A stretch of 43,549 nt of DNA from Octopus sinensis (GCF_006345805.1 NW_021835104.1:1-43549), one strand, 5' to 3'. Positions 1 to 12,315 are shown, counted from the stretch's first letter. The notes: a model not told the origin generated them from the sequence alone. Program-made: numbers and translations.

Positions 1-267
1 AAGTCTCTACTGGTAGCAAGTAACCAACTGCAATTACTAAGATATTCAAAAGACAGACATGCTAGTCTACTTTCTGACTGCTTTATAAATGAGCAGAATG
101 TTTTTTTACTGTTGATTGGTGAAAGAAATTTTGTGTTTTCTCTCATGAACCACCGACACACTGGGAAACAGTCCGTTAGGTGTTTTTCTATCCATTTTCC
201 CGCATATCAAGAGTACAGAAGAATTACATTTTTGACTGCCAACAGTATCCCTGAACACATATAAATG

Positions 268-268
268 C

Positions 269-305
<37 letters not shown>

Positions 306-306
306 C

Positions 307-373
<67 letters not shown>
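268..373. repeat. (ATCT)n microsatellite
   Basis: Near-perfect ATCT tandem; it resumes at 795-875 after the SINE insertion. Confidence 0.97.
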
Positions 374-374
<1 letters not shown>

Positions 375-538
375 AGGCGTAGGAGTGGATGTGTGGTAAG
401 TAGCTTGCTTACCAACCACATGGTTCCGGGTTCAGTCCCACTGCGTGGCACTTTGGGAAAGTGTCTTCTACTATAGCCTCGAGCCGGCCAAAGCCTTGCA
501 AGTGGATTTGGTAGACGGAAACTGAAAGAAACCCGTCG

Positions 539-573
<35 letters not shown>

Positions 574-793
574 ATATGTTTGTGTGTCTGTGTTTGTCCC
601 TCCAAACATCGCTTGACAACTGATACTGGTGTGTTTACGTCCCCGTAACTTAGCGGTTCGGCAAAAGAGACCGATAGAATAAGTACTAGGCTTAAAAAAT
701 AAGTCCTTGGGTCGATTTGCTCGACTAAAGGCGGTGCTCCAGCATGGCCACAGTCAAATGACTGAAACAAGTAAAAGTGTATGAGTAAAAGAG

Positions 794-794
<1 letters not shown>
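374..794 (+). mobile_element. tRNA-derived SINE, family A (CORE-like, octopus type), full length
   Basis: Head with A-box-like TGTGTGGTAAG and B-box-like GGTTCAGTCCC; CORE-like ctttgggaaagtgtcttctactatagcc; internal (TA)n(TG)n; 3' tail ggcggtgctccagcatggcc...gaaacaagtaaaag. Highly similar copies at 12316, 13349 and 21815. Confidence 0.92.

Positions 795-875
<81 letters not shown>
795..875. repeat. Compound (ATCT)n(GTCT)n microsatellite
   Basis: Direct reading. Confidence 0.95.
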
Positions 876-876
<1 letters not shown>

Positions 877-894
877 TAACTGTTACTTATGTTA

Positions 895-1008
895 TCGATC
901 TTGAAAAGATGAAAAGCAAAGTTGATCTCGGCAGAATATGAACCCAGAACGTAAAACTCGAAACAAATGTCTCTAAGTATTTTGTCCAACTTAATAACGC
1001 GTCTACCA
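895..1008 (-). mobile_element. SINE family B, degenerate fragment
   Basis: gatgaaaagcaaagttgatctcggcagaatatgaacccagaacgtaa is the reverse complement of the family B head/central region (compare 2740-2790). Confidence 0.7.
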
Positions 1009-1112
1009 ACAGCAACAACAACAACAACAACAACAGAAGCAGCAACTACAACAAAATCAACGACAACAGCAGCAACATCATCAATATTGAAAACACTAAC
1101 ACCGACAGCAAC
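1006..1112. repeat. Degenerate (CAA/CAG)n trinucleotide tract
   Basis: Explains the poly-Thr and poly-Val ORFs at 876-1188. Confidence 0.85.
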
Positions 1113-1435
1113 ACTAAAGCCAGATGTATACTGCAAACAGAAAAATACAACACGTCCAATATGGCCGACGGAAGTAATTAGAAGATGAGCTGGATTTAGG
1201 ACAAACTGCTACTTAACGGAATAGATGCACGTAAACAGAGGGATTAGTTGGATGGAGTGTAATCCGGTCATTTAGCTATAATCAGTTTCTAATCCAATAA
1301 TAATTGAGTGTAGAAGAATTTTTGAACTGTCGTTCACACTAAGTGGCATATAGGTTGTGGTGGTGGTGGTGATGGGGGGACGTGTGGTGTGGGATCGGGT
1401 CGAAAGTGGGTGGTTGGGTGGAGTGGGAGTCGATT

Positions 1436-1985
1436 TACATGTATATATGCAGTTGCTGTTTGGTAAGCGTATGTAAATGTGTTTGTATGTAGCTAGTTGT
1501 ATGTGTGTGTGTATGGCTGTCAGTATGAAAATATTAGTCAATACATGTATGCATGTCTTGTATATATATATATACATGTGTGTGTGTGTGTAAGCATGTG
1601 TATAAAGTGTACATATTTGGGTGTGTGTGCATATGGATATATACATACATACATATACATATATATATATATATGTATATATATATAAATATATACATAT
1701 AGACATACACACATACACATGCACAAACACAAGCACATGCACACACACACATACACACACACACACACACACATATATATATGTATGTTCGCATGTGTGT
1801 GTGAACATGTAAGTTCTGTATGTAGTTGTGTACAATATCATCAGTTGACAGGTACATGTTGATGTGAATAAGAGTGTATGTACGCCCGTATATGTCAGTG
1901 CAGGCACATTTGTGTATATATACATAGATACATAGATACATAGATACATACATACATACATACATACATACATACATACATACAT

Positions 1986-2017
<32 letters not shown>

Positions 2018-2040
2018 CTGTATGTATGTATGTATGTATG
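1436..2040. repeat. Compound (TG)/(TA)/(CA)/(TACA) microsatellite region
   Basis: Direct reading; source of the YI/VC/HT-rich ORFs. Confidence 0.9.
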
Positions 2041-2529
2041 AGCCATTGAACAGAGGAAATAACAGGTCTGAGAGTGCCGGACTACATACCACCATGTTGA
2101 TAATCCAGAAAATCCTCAGAAGCCTCTTCCTGGTTGCTTAACCCTTTAGAAACAGTATCTAAATCTCCCTCAAACCATCATCATCATCTAGGGTATCGTC
2201 ATCCAGTAGAACGTCACAGCCATTTTTCGTGCATCTCAAGTTCCATAAACAATTGGTGTCCCGTGGTCAAGCAGTTATCCTTAACCGCTGACGTGAATTG
2301 AATTCCTGTGCGTAATTTGAACTCAGAATGTAAAGAGCCGGAATAAATTCCACAAGGGATTTCAGCTGACGTTCCAAAAGTCCTGCCAAGCCATTACTCC
2401 ACGCTGATCACTAAAGAAAATATGAGGCAAATTTTACCTCAGCGGAATTAGAACACAGCTTACAAAGATCTGGAACAAATACCAAAATACGCTAACGACT
2501 GCACCACTACGCTCCTATTATGTATTATT

Positions 2530-2995
2530 CTTTCTACTATAGGCACAAGGCCTAAAAAATTTGGTTGGAAGCCGCCAATCGATTATATCGGCTCTAGTGT
2601 TCAACCGGTACTTATTTCATCGACCACCGTAATGATGAACAGCAAAGTCAACCTCGGTGGTATTTAAATTCAAAGGCGGCGAGCTGGCAGAAACGTTAGC
2701 ACGCCGGGTGAAATGCGTAGCGATATTTCGTCTGCCGTTACGTTCTGAGTTCAAATTCCGCCGAGGTCGACTTTGTCTTTCATCCTTCCGGGGTCGATTA
2801 AATAAGTACCAGTTACGCACTGGGGTCGATATAATCGACTTAATCCGTTTGTCTGTCATTGTTTGTCCTCTCTGTGTTTAGCCCCTTGTGGGTAGTAAAG
2901 AAATAGGTATTTAAATTCAGAATGGAAAAATGGAAAACTTGCCACTAGACATTCTATCAGGCGCGCTAACGATTTTGCCATCTCGCCACCTTAAT
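2530..2995 (-). mobile_element. Older SINE family B copy, split by a younger family B insertion
   Basis: Tail/central part at 2530-2672 and head at 2920-2995 (gctaacgattttgccatctcgccacctt) are collinear once 2673-2919 is removed. Confidence 0.8.
2673..2905 (+). mobile_element. SINE family B (tRNA-related head, Meta/MESC-like central domain), young copy
   Basis: ggcggcgagctggcagaaacgttagc...gagttcaaattcc head; central gaggtcgactttgtctttcatccttccggggtcgattaaataagtaccag; perfect 14-bp TSD ggtatttaaattca at 2659-2672 and 2906-2919; very similar to 43100-43329. Confidence 0.92.
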
Positions 2996-3239
2996 GATAA
3001 TAAGAAGTCCTACAATAGGAACAAGGCCTGAAATTTTATTGGATGGAGCAAGTCATTTACACAACCCCAGTGTTCAACTTGTACTTGTTTCAACGACAAA
3101 ATCGCTTGATTGGTAAACGTTTTCTCTCTCCTTGAGATGCATGAAAAATGGATGTGACGTTCTACTGGATAACGACACCCTTTATCGCTTTGTAATTGTT
3201 GTTATTATCGCTTTTGAGTCTTAGTGAGAGAGCCTCTCT

Positions 3240-3425
3240 TTATTCACCCTATCTGATAGAAATAGTTGCCAAATATCCCTCAAGCCACAAATACCTTTTA
3301 AAAACAACAGCTTAGAAGATAATATTGTCTGAAACATTATATATCTCAGAATAAAAGATGGGATGGTCATGGCTGGAAAGCCTTTGATCCATACGTCTGT
3401 TTCTGAATGACTGCAGGTTTTAATA
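3240..3425. mobile_element. Unclassified interspersed repeat fragment
   Basis: The motif tagaaatagttgccaaatatccctcaa recurs in diverged form near 2145-2178, 15541-15575 and 22487-22560. Confidence 0.5.
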
Positions 3426-3788
3426 CTGGCCTTTGTGGAGGCAGGTGAGGTGGATTCGGTGGGAGCATCCATATTACCCGACTTTCGTTGTTATTGCTGT
3501 TGGTGGTGTTGTTATTGCTGTGTAGCCCAAGGTCAGTTGTGCCCTAACAGACATATGGTACATAGGTGGCATAATCGGCATACAAGAAGGTAAGATCCAC
3601 AGTTTGGAACCAAATATGCCAAATCTGGCTGAGGGCCACGCTGCCCATTCTGACTTGTAATAGTTTAGCTTCAGGTCAACACTGATCAGTTCGACTTCTT
3701 GTCGATGCCGTGATCCTCCTGTCTTTATGTCACTCAAAGACTGCATTATCCAGCGTCCCTACATTATCTAGCGTCCCATTATCTAGCA

Positions 3789-4326
3789 ATGCTAGGCACT
3801 GGCTCTCATGGTTTCTGATCTGAACTAATTGGAAATGTTATCATATATGTATTTTGTCTTGGTGTAAAAGATGGGCTAGAACAAATATTCTGCTCAATAG
3901 CACAGGTTTGCTTGTCAGTTGTTTGACCGTAACCAGTTGAGCATGTCCCTTAGTGGATGACGATATGTGCATCTCTGATCACGAGCAGAAGTGGTGGAGG
4001 AGCATCATAGCCATGTGTTGAGAGGGATTGTTTGGAGTTTGAATAATTCACCTTTGGAAACATGGGTTCTTAGTTCAACATCCTTAAACAATCCTTATTC
4101 GGGGACATTTTGAGCAGGATGGGCTACTCGACCAGAAGAAAATTCTAACTGGGCCCCGCCTGCAAGGTCATGTGCTGTGATATGAGATCGCCATGTGGCG
4201 CACATATGGTTGTGATGCATGATATGCTTAGTGTACCCTTATCAGACGGGTAGTCATGATGGATATACTGGGCTTCGTATATTTTACCCCAGTGTCACTT
4301 TGAAGGCATGCACTGCTCTCTCACTC
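3789..4326 (+). mobile_element. Unclassified ~560-bp interspersed element ending in (TAA)n, copy 1
   Basis: Collinear with 13757-14060 (+) and 16408-16970 (-); all three share the 3' end ...gctctctcactcaataat; no recognisable ORF or pol III boxes. Confidence 0.85.
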
Positions 4327-4405
4327 AATAATAATAATAATAATGAAAATATAATAATAATAATAATAATAATAAAATAATAATAATAATAATAATAATA
4401 ATATG

Positions 4406-4463
<58 letters not shown>

Positions 4464-4470
4464 TAATAAT
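4327..4470. repeat. (TAA)n microsatellite
   Basis: Direct reading. Confidence 0.97.
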
Positions 4471-4735
4471 TGTTTAGACAGCATCCCAGGAGAACCATGC
4501 CTAGAAAGGAAATGCAAAAGATTGTGCTGACAAGGACTGCCCACATCCTTAGAAAAACCCTTTCAATTTAAATGTTTGAGTTGTATTATATGGATGAGTT
4601 TATCTACTGCCTTCGACATTTACCCTTGTCAAGCTTTCAGTTATATTTCCACATATGTTTTAACCTTCACTTGCCCTAGGGTGCTGGGTGTGTCGCGGCA
4701 AGTGATTGCATCAAATATGCAGATTAAAAGTAAGC
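4471..4735 (+). mobile_element. 5'-truncated Dong/R4-clade LINE 3' end inserted in (TAA)n
   Basis: Translates (one frameshift) to LDSIPGEPCLE/EMQKIVLTRTAHILRKTLSI*, matching the Dong/R4 C-terminal QKxxLLGTAxILR motif, followed by a 3' UTR; TAA repeats on both sides. Confidence 0.8.
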
Positions 4736-4747
4736 ATAATAATAATA

Positions 4748-4779
<32 letters not shown>

Positions 4780-4780
4780 A

Positions 4781-4812
<32 letters not shown>

Positions 4813-4881
4813 AATGATGATGATGGTGATGATGATGATGAGGATGAGGATGACAACGATGATGATGACGATGATGATAAT
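4736..4881. repeat. (TAA)n grading into (GAT)n microsatellite
   Basis: Source of the poly-D, poly-M and poly-S ORFs. Confidence 0.95.
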
Positions 4882-4960
4882 GCTACTTTCACTTCTGGTT
4901 CAAAATACATATGGCGTCTTGAATTCTGAATTCATATGGGGAATTAAAACATATTGAAAT

Positions 4961-5089
<129 letters not shown>

Positions 5090-5380
5090 CAACAGAGACA
5101 AATAGATTTCAACGTATTAACTAAGAGTTCTTATTTGTATACAATTTAATAGAGATATAAATACAACAGGTTGAGTTCGTCCATTCGTTTCATAAACCTT
5201 AATGTTTTAAAACTTTCGAAAATCTGATTCTTAACCTAGGAGGGCACTTGATATGCACTTGGGAATAAAATGAAACACAGAAACTACAGAATAGTTAATT
5301 ATTTCTAACTACCTACTCGATTCACTACATCGCACCGACAAGTTTCTTGCTTGCGTGAATTCGTTTAGGCGCCAAAGATA

Positions 5381-5500
5381 TGCATGCATACATACATACA
5401 TACATACATGCATACATACATACATACATACATACATACATACATACATACATACATACATGCATAGATACATACATACGTACATACATACATACATACA
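5381..5500. repeat. (TACA)n microsatellite
   Basis: Direct reading. Confidence 0.95.
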
Positions 5501-5706
5501 CAAAGGTATACATGCAAGCATACCAACATGCGCACACACATATACACAGGCACACACATCTGTGTATGTATGTTAAAATATACACACACTCATGATACTG
5601 TCTGTGTGCTTCTGGGTGCCCGTATACGTTTGATTAAAATTCAGATATGTAAATTTAAGATCCAAATTTGTCCTAACTATCTACCAAGCAATCTGTCTAT
5701 CACACA

Positions 5707-5738
5707 ATCCATCAGACCATCCATCCGTTCATCCATCA

Positions 5739-5770
<32 letters not shown>

Positions 5771-5912
5771 TTCCATCTATCCATCCATCCGTCCATCCTT
5801 CCATCCGTCCATCCGTCCATTCATATATCCATCCTTCCATCCATCCTTCCATCCATCCGTCCATCCATCCGTTCATCCATCCATCAATCCATCCGTTCAT
5901 CCATCCATCCAT

Positions 5913-5944
<32 letters not shown>

Positions 5945-5964
5945 TCGTCCATCCATCCATCCTT

Positions 5965-5998
<34 letters not shown>

Positions 5999-6120
5999 GT
6001 CCATCAATCCATCCGTCCATCCATCCATCCATCCATCCATCCATACATCCATCCATCCGTCCATCCGTCCATCCATCCGTCCATCCACCCATCAATCCAT
6101 CCATCCATCCATCCATCCAT

Positions 6121-6154
<34 letters not shown>

Positions 6155-6482
6155 GTCCATCCATCCATCCATCCATCCATCCATCCATCCATCCATCCGT
6201 CTCGTCCATCAATCCATCCGTCCATCCATCCATCCGTCCATCATCCATCCTCATCCATCCACCATCCATCCTCCATCCATCATCCGTCCATCCTTACCCA
6301 TCCGTTCATCCATCCCTCCTTCCATCCATCATCCTCCATCCATCCATCCATCCGTTTCCATCCGTCCATCCTTCCATCTATCCATCCATCCATCCTGTCC
6401 ATCCTTCCATCCGTCCATCCGTCCATTCATATATCCATCCATCCGTCCATGCATCCGTTCATCCATCCATCAATCCATCCGT

Positions 6483-6516
<34 letters not shown>

Positions 6517-6542
6517 GTCCATCCATCCATCCTTCCATCCAT

Positions 6543-6576
<34 letters not shown>

Positions 6577-6660
6577 GTCCATCAATCCATCCGTCCATCC
6601 ATCCATCCATCCATCCATCCATGCATCCATCCATCCATCCGTCTATCCGTCCATTCATAT

Positions 6661-6692
<32 letters not shown>

Positions 6693-6782
6693 TTCCATCT
6701 ATCCATCCATCCGTCCATCCTTCCATCCGTCCATCCGTCCATTCATATATCCATCCTTCCATCCATCCGTCCATCCATCCAT

Positions 6783-6816
<34 letters not shown>

Positions 6817-6854
6817 GTCCATCCGTTCATCCATCCATCCTTCCATCCATCCAT

Positions 6855-6888
<34 letters not shown>

Positions 6889-7002
6889 GTCCATCCTTCC
6901 ATCTATCCATCCATCCGTCCATCCTTCCATCCGTCCATCCGTCCATTCATATATCCATCCATCCGTCCATGCATCCGTTCATCCATCCATCAATCCATCC
7001 GT

Positions 7003-7036
<34 letters not shown>

Positions 7037-7062
7037 GTCCATCCATCCATCCTTCCATCCAT

Positions 7063-7096
<34 letters not shown>

Positions 7097-7305
7097 GTCC
7101 ATCAATCCATCCGTCCATCCATCCATCCATCCTCCATCCACTCCATGCATCCATCATCCATCTCTCCGTCCATTCATATATCCATCCATCCATCCATCCG
7201 TCCATCCTTCCATCTATCCATCCATCCGTCCATCCTTCCATCCGTCCATCCGTCCATTCATATATCCATCCTTCCATCCATCCGTCATTCCATCCATCCA
7301 TCCAT

Positions 7306-7339
<34 letters not shown>

Positions 7340-7365
7340 GTCCATCCATCCATCCTTCCATCCAT

Positions 7366-7399
<34 letters not shown>

Positions 7400-7425
7400 G
7401 TCCATCAATCCATCCGTCCATCCAT

Positions 7426-7459
<34 letters not shown>

Positions 7460-7585
7460 GTCCATTCATATATCCATCCATCCATCCATCCGTCCATCCT
7501 TCCATCCGTCCATCCGTCCATTCATATATCCATTCTTCCATCCATCCGTCCATCCATCCGTTCATCCATCCATCAATCCATCCTT

Positions 7586-7619
<34 letters not shown>

Positions 7620-7693
7620 GTCCATCCATCCATCCTTCCATCCATCCATCCATCCATCCATCCATCCACCCGTCCGTCCATCCATCCATCCAT

Positions 7694-7726
<33 letters not shown>

Positions 7727-7745
7727 TTTCCATCCATCCATCCTT

Positions 7746-7779
<34 letters not shown>

Positions 7780-7926
7780 GTCCATCCATCCATCCTTCCA
7801 TCCTTCCATCCATCCATCCATCCGTCCATCCTTCCACGTCCATCCGTCCATTCATATATCCATTCTTCCATCCATCCGTCCATCCATCCGTTCATCCATC
7901 CATCAATCCATCCATCATCCATCCAT

Positions 7927-7960
<34 letters not shown>

Positions 7961-8024
7961 GTCCATCCATCCATCCTTCCATCCATCCATCCATCATCCC
8001 ACACCCGTCCGTCCATCCATCCAT

Positions 8025-8057
<33 letters not shown>

Positions 8058-8164
8058 TTTCCATCTATCCATCCATCCGTCCATCCTTCCATCCGTCCAT
8101 CCGTCCATTCATATATCCATCCTTCCATCCATCCGTCCATCCATCCATCCATCCATCCATCCAT

Positions 8165-8198
<34 letters not shown>

Positions 8199-8224
8199 GT
8201 CCATCCATCCATCCTTCCATCCAT

Positions 8225-8258
<34 letters not shown>

Positions 8259-8288
8259 GTCCATCAATCCATCCGTCCATCCATCCAT

Positions 8289-8322
<34 letters not shown>

Positions 8323-8448
8323 GTCCATTCATATATCCATCCATCCATCCATCCGTCCATCCTTCCATCCGTCAATCCGTCCATTCATATATCCATTCTT
8401 CCATCCATCCGTCCATCCATCCGTTCATCCATCCATCAATCCATCCTT

Positions 8449-8482
<34 letters not shown>

Positions 8483-8556
8483 GTCCATCCATCCATCCTT
8501 CCATCCATCCATCCATCCATCCATCCATCCACCCGTCCGTCCATCCATCCATCCAT

Positions 8557-8589
<33 letters not shown>

Positions 8590-8608
8590 TTTCCATCCAT
8601 CCATCCTT

Positions 8609-8642
<34 letters not shown>

Positions 8643-8792
8643 GTCCATCCATCCATCCTTCCATCCTTCCATCCATCCATCCATCCGTCCATCCTTCCAT
8701 CCGTCCATCCGTCCATTCATATATCCATTCTTCCATCCATCCGTCCATCCATCCGTTCATCCATCCATCAATCCATCCATCCATCCATCCAT

Positions 8793-8826
<34 letters not shown>

Positions 8827-8973
8827 GTCCATCCATCCATCCTTCCATCCATCCATCCATCCATCCATCCACCCGTCCGTCCATCCATCCATCCATCCAT
8901 CCATCCATCCATCCATCCATCCATCCATCCACCACCCGTCCATCCACCCCCACCCGTCCGTCCATCCATCCGT

Positions 8974-9006
<33 letters not shown>

Positions 9007-9029
9007 TTTCATCCATCCATCCTTCCCTT

Positions 9030-9063
<34 letters not shown>

Positions 9064-9209
9064 GTCCATCCATCCATCCTTCCATCCTTCCATCCATCCA
9101 TCCATCCGTCCATCCTTCCATCCGTCCATCCGTCCATTCATATATCCATTCTTCCATCCATCCGTCCATCCATCCGTTCATCCATCCATCAATCCATCCA
9201 TCCATCCAT

Positions 9210-9243
<34 letters not shown>

Positions 9244-9423
9244 GTCCATCCATCCATCCTTCCATCCATCCATCCATCCATCCATCCATCCACCCGTCCG
9301 TCCATCCATCCATCCATCCACCATCCATCCATCCATCCATCCATCCATCCATCCATCCATCCACCCACCCGTCCGTCCATCCATCCGTCCATCCATCCAT
9401 CCATCCATCAATCTATCCATCTA
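5707..9423. repeat. ~3.7-kb (CCAT)n/(ATGG)n satellite with higher-order variant blocks
   Basis: CCAT tetramer with recurrent variants ccgt, cctt, tcaat and ttcatatatcc. Confidence 0.98.
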
Positions 9424-9505
9424 TTCGTGTAACTGTCTGTCTGCCTACCAACCTGCTTACCTATTTGTCTGTTTGTCTGTCTGTCTGCCTACCTATCTCC
9501 CTGTC

Positions 9506-9537
<32 letters not shown>

Positions 9538-9599
9538 CCTGCGCAGGTGTCTGATAGCTTGTGTGTTTCTTTGTACTCATATATGCCAGTTTGTGTGTA

Positions 9600-10023
9600 G
9601 ATGTGACAGTGCAAATCTCTATCTATCAATGCGTATATGTGTGTCTGAGTGTGTGTGTGCGTGTGTATGGGTGTGTACGTGGGCATATACAGCATTATGT
9701 GTATCTTGTATATAGCACTGAGTGGGTATGTAGCATCATGGCTGTAAATGTGTGTGTAGTAGTTCTGTGGTCGTTCCTTTGTGTGTATGTTTGTGTGTGT
9801 GTGTGTGTAGTATTGTGACTGTGAGTATGTGCATGTAGCACTGCGATTATGTACGTGTGGGTGTAGCTCCCTCTGTATATATGTGACACTGTGCGAGTGT
9901 GTGTACGTGTATATAGCTCTGTGAGTGCATCTGTAGCATTTGTAGCACTGGAATGTGTGTACGTATGTGACACTGTGAATGCAAGTGTGTATGTGTATGT
10001 ATAGAACTATGAGTGTATGTATC

Positions 10024-10057
<34 letters not shown>

Positions 10058-10075
10058 ACTGATGTAATGTACTGA
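9600..10075. repeat. Degenerate (TG)n-derived low-complexity tract with recurring (G/A)TAGCA/TAGCT motif
   Basis: tagcactg, tagcatc, tagctc, tagcattt repeat within TG runs. Confidence 0.6.
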
Positions 10076-10199
10076 CTGTAACGAATCTCTAATACCTGTG
10101 ATGAGGTATAAAAATAGAAGGATGGTGAGATAAGGACACAGAATTTAGCGAAGTGCATTCCCCTCCAAGCGTCATACATGGATTTTTAATAGCACCATC

Positions 10200-10406
10200 T
10201 ACATATGTGTATGTATAGATATACATACATGCACATACATACACAGACATACAGAGATACATATATATATATATGTATATTTATATATGTTGGAACTTGT
10301 GTATGTATATACATGTGTATATTTCTTTCTATATATATTTAGATATTTACAGTACTATAAATATGTATTATTATATGTATATGTTTATTAAATATGAATC
10401 AAAATG

Positions 10407-10445
<39 letters not shown>

Positions 10446-10968
10446 ATATGTGTGCATGTGCGTGTGCTCGTGTGTGTGTATGTCTATATATATCTCTCTC
10501 TTCATATGTATATATAATATATATATTTAATATAAATGTGCATATACATACACACACACACATATATATATGTAAATAATACATGTATATTTATATATAT
10601 ACATATATATACATACATACACACACACACACACACATATATATGTGTATATACACATTGACACACACACACACGCGCTAGCACATACTCTCATACACAC
10701 AAACATACACACACGCAAACGCACATACACCCTCACCACACACAGTTATATTCGGCGGACATTCCATCGCAAGGCAAATTTCAATAGCTAATTAGATTTT
10801 AAAAATTAAACATATACATATTTATCTATGTATATATATATATATGTATATTTACATTTATATATGTGCATATATGTAAATTACATAAATATATACAATT
10901 ATATACATATATATTATATATATAGATATTATATATATATATAATATATATATAATTATATATATATG

Positions 10969-11022
<54 letters not shown>

Positions 11023-11030
11023 TTATATAA
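10200..11030. repeat. (TA)n/(CA)n/(TG)n compound microsatellites
   Basis: Direct reading. Confidence 0.9.
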
Positions 11031-11369
11031 TTAGAGGAAAAGGACAAACAAACCCAAGGCAGGACGAGTTTCTCTGTATCTCAAGTCATTTATAATAATC
11101 TAATTAGGGTAAGGTGAATTTGAAGTCTTACAGGTGTTTCTTGGATAGCATAAGTAATAAGCTAGCATGTCCGTACACAGGGCATTCCATCATCAGAGAC
11201 AAAGTATGTATGAAAGTTCTAGACGTAAATTCACAGTTTGTAAGGAATAAAATAGAGGAATAAAGAGTAAAAGTAGATAGAAGAATACAGAGCGGAGAAG
11301 AAAGTTCACAGTTCATCTTTTTTCAGAGTGTATGCAGCAGGATGTACCCTAATTAAGTTATTATGAATG

Positions 11370-11773
11370 ACTTGTGTACTTAAAAACACATCTAAAAGAA
11401 AAAGTGTAATCGACCAATGTACAATGACAATGCTATATAACAAACATATTATCTATATAGGTGCCACCCAAAACGAAATGAAGAAATGTTTATCCACACA
11501 GTTTTATACTTTTCGAAACAGGAATAAATATCACCCAACTGGAATGAGTAAATTCACTTGGGAACTGAAGGATCAAAATATCAGCTTCGATTTGGAATAG
11601 ATATACGTGCTTCAGCACCCTGTTATAGAGTAAAAAATTTCTTTAAATGCCTTCTTTGTATAAATGAAAAAATTTTCTTCCTCATGGCTGGACTCCCCTA
11701 GATCAACCTGAGACAGGAAAGAAATAATGCTTGTTCGTACATAAACAAACATGTTCTCTCTAAATATAATTGA
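11370..11773 (+). mobile_element. Penelope-like element GIY-YIG endonuclease relic
   Basis: SVIDQC...IYIGATQNEMKK...TGMSKFTWELKDQNISFDLE, then CLLCINEKIFFL after a stop/frameshift; matches the PLE endonuclease pattern VIY-C...YIG-T...T-LS-IW-LK...CxLCxxEK. Confidence 0.82.
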
Positions 11774-12315
11774 AACTCGTTAATTTTCTATCCCTCCTCT
11801 CCTACATTAGTACCCATATATTTTCTCTCCTAAACATAGATAAATATTACCTTAATTAATCTCTTCCCCTCATTGTTAATACTCAGCAATTAAATATCTC
11901 GAAATAGATACGCCAGTCTCCATCTCAAGTACAATAACTTACTTTTAGCACTCTTCTTATGTAACAAATAAATATCCACTTTTTACTCTTATGTAGGTAC
12001 GTACTTATCTTTCTTTTTATATTTATTCATACATAACTGTGTATATATGTGTGTATATGAATCTGTATCTATATGGCTATTTGTGTATATGTAAATACAT
12101 CCATGAATATATGTATGTAAATTTACAAGTACCCAAATGTATGCAAAGAGGCTTGGCATGATAAACATGCATCTGCATAGATATACACAACATCTTTCAA
12201 GATGGTCCCACTAGACCACCCCTCTTTTATGTTATGTGAAAAACTATATTACCACTTTACTTTATCTATTTAGTTATTATCATTCGCATAAAAATATATA
12301 TTATAGAATATTATA

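Larger units (their letters stand above)
2191..3180. mobile_element. MITE-like element with ~50-bp terminal inverted repeats, containing nested SINEs
   Basis: 2190-2240 (agggtatcgtcatccagtagaacgtcacagccatttttcgtgcatctcaag) is the reverse complement of 3131-3181 with about 4 mismatches; termini GGG...CCC. Confidence 0.75.

Noticed and set aside
967-1188. Thr-rich mucin-like ORF
   Set aside because: A CAA microsatellite plus a SINE fragment; no support for an exon.
4576-4957. Poly-Asp, poly-Met and poly-Ser ORFs
   Set aside because: Translations of the (GAT)n microsatellite.
5528-9715. 1395-aa and 977-aa HPSI-repeat ORFs and antisense MDGW ORFs
   Set aside because: CCAT repeats contain no stop codon in any frame; there is no domain content, so these are satellite artefacts.
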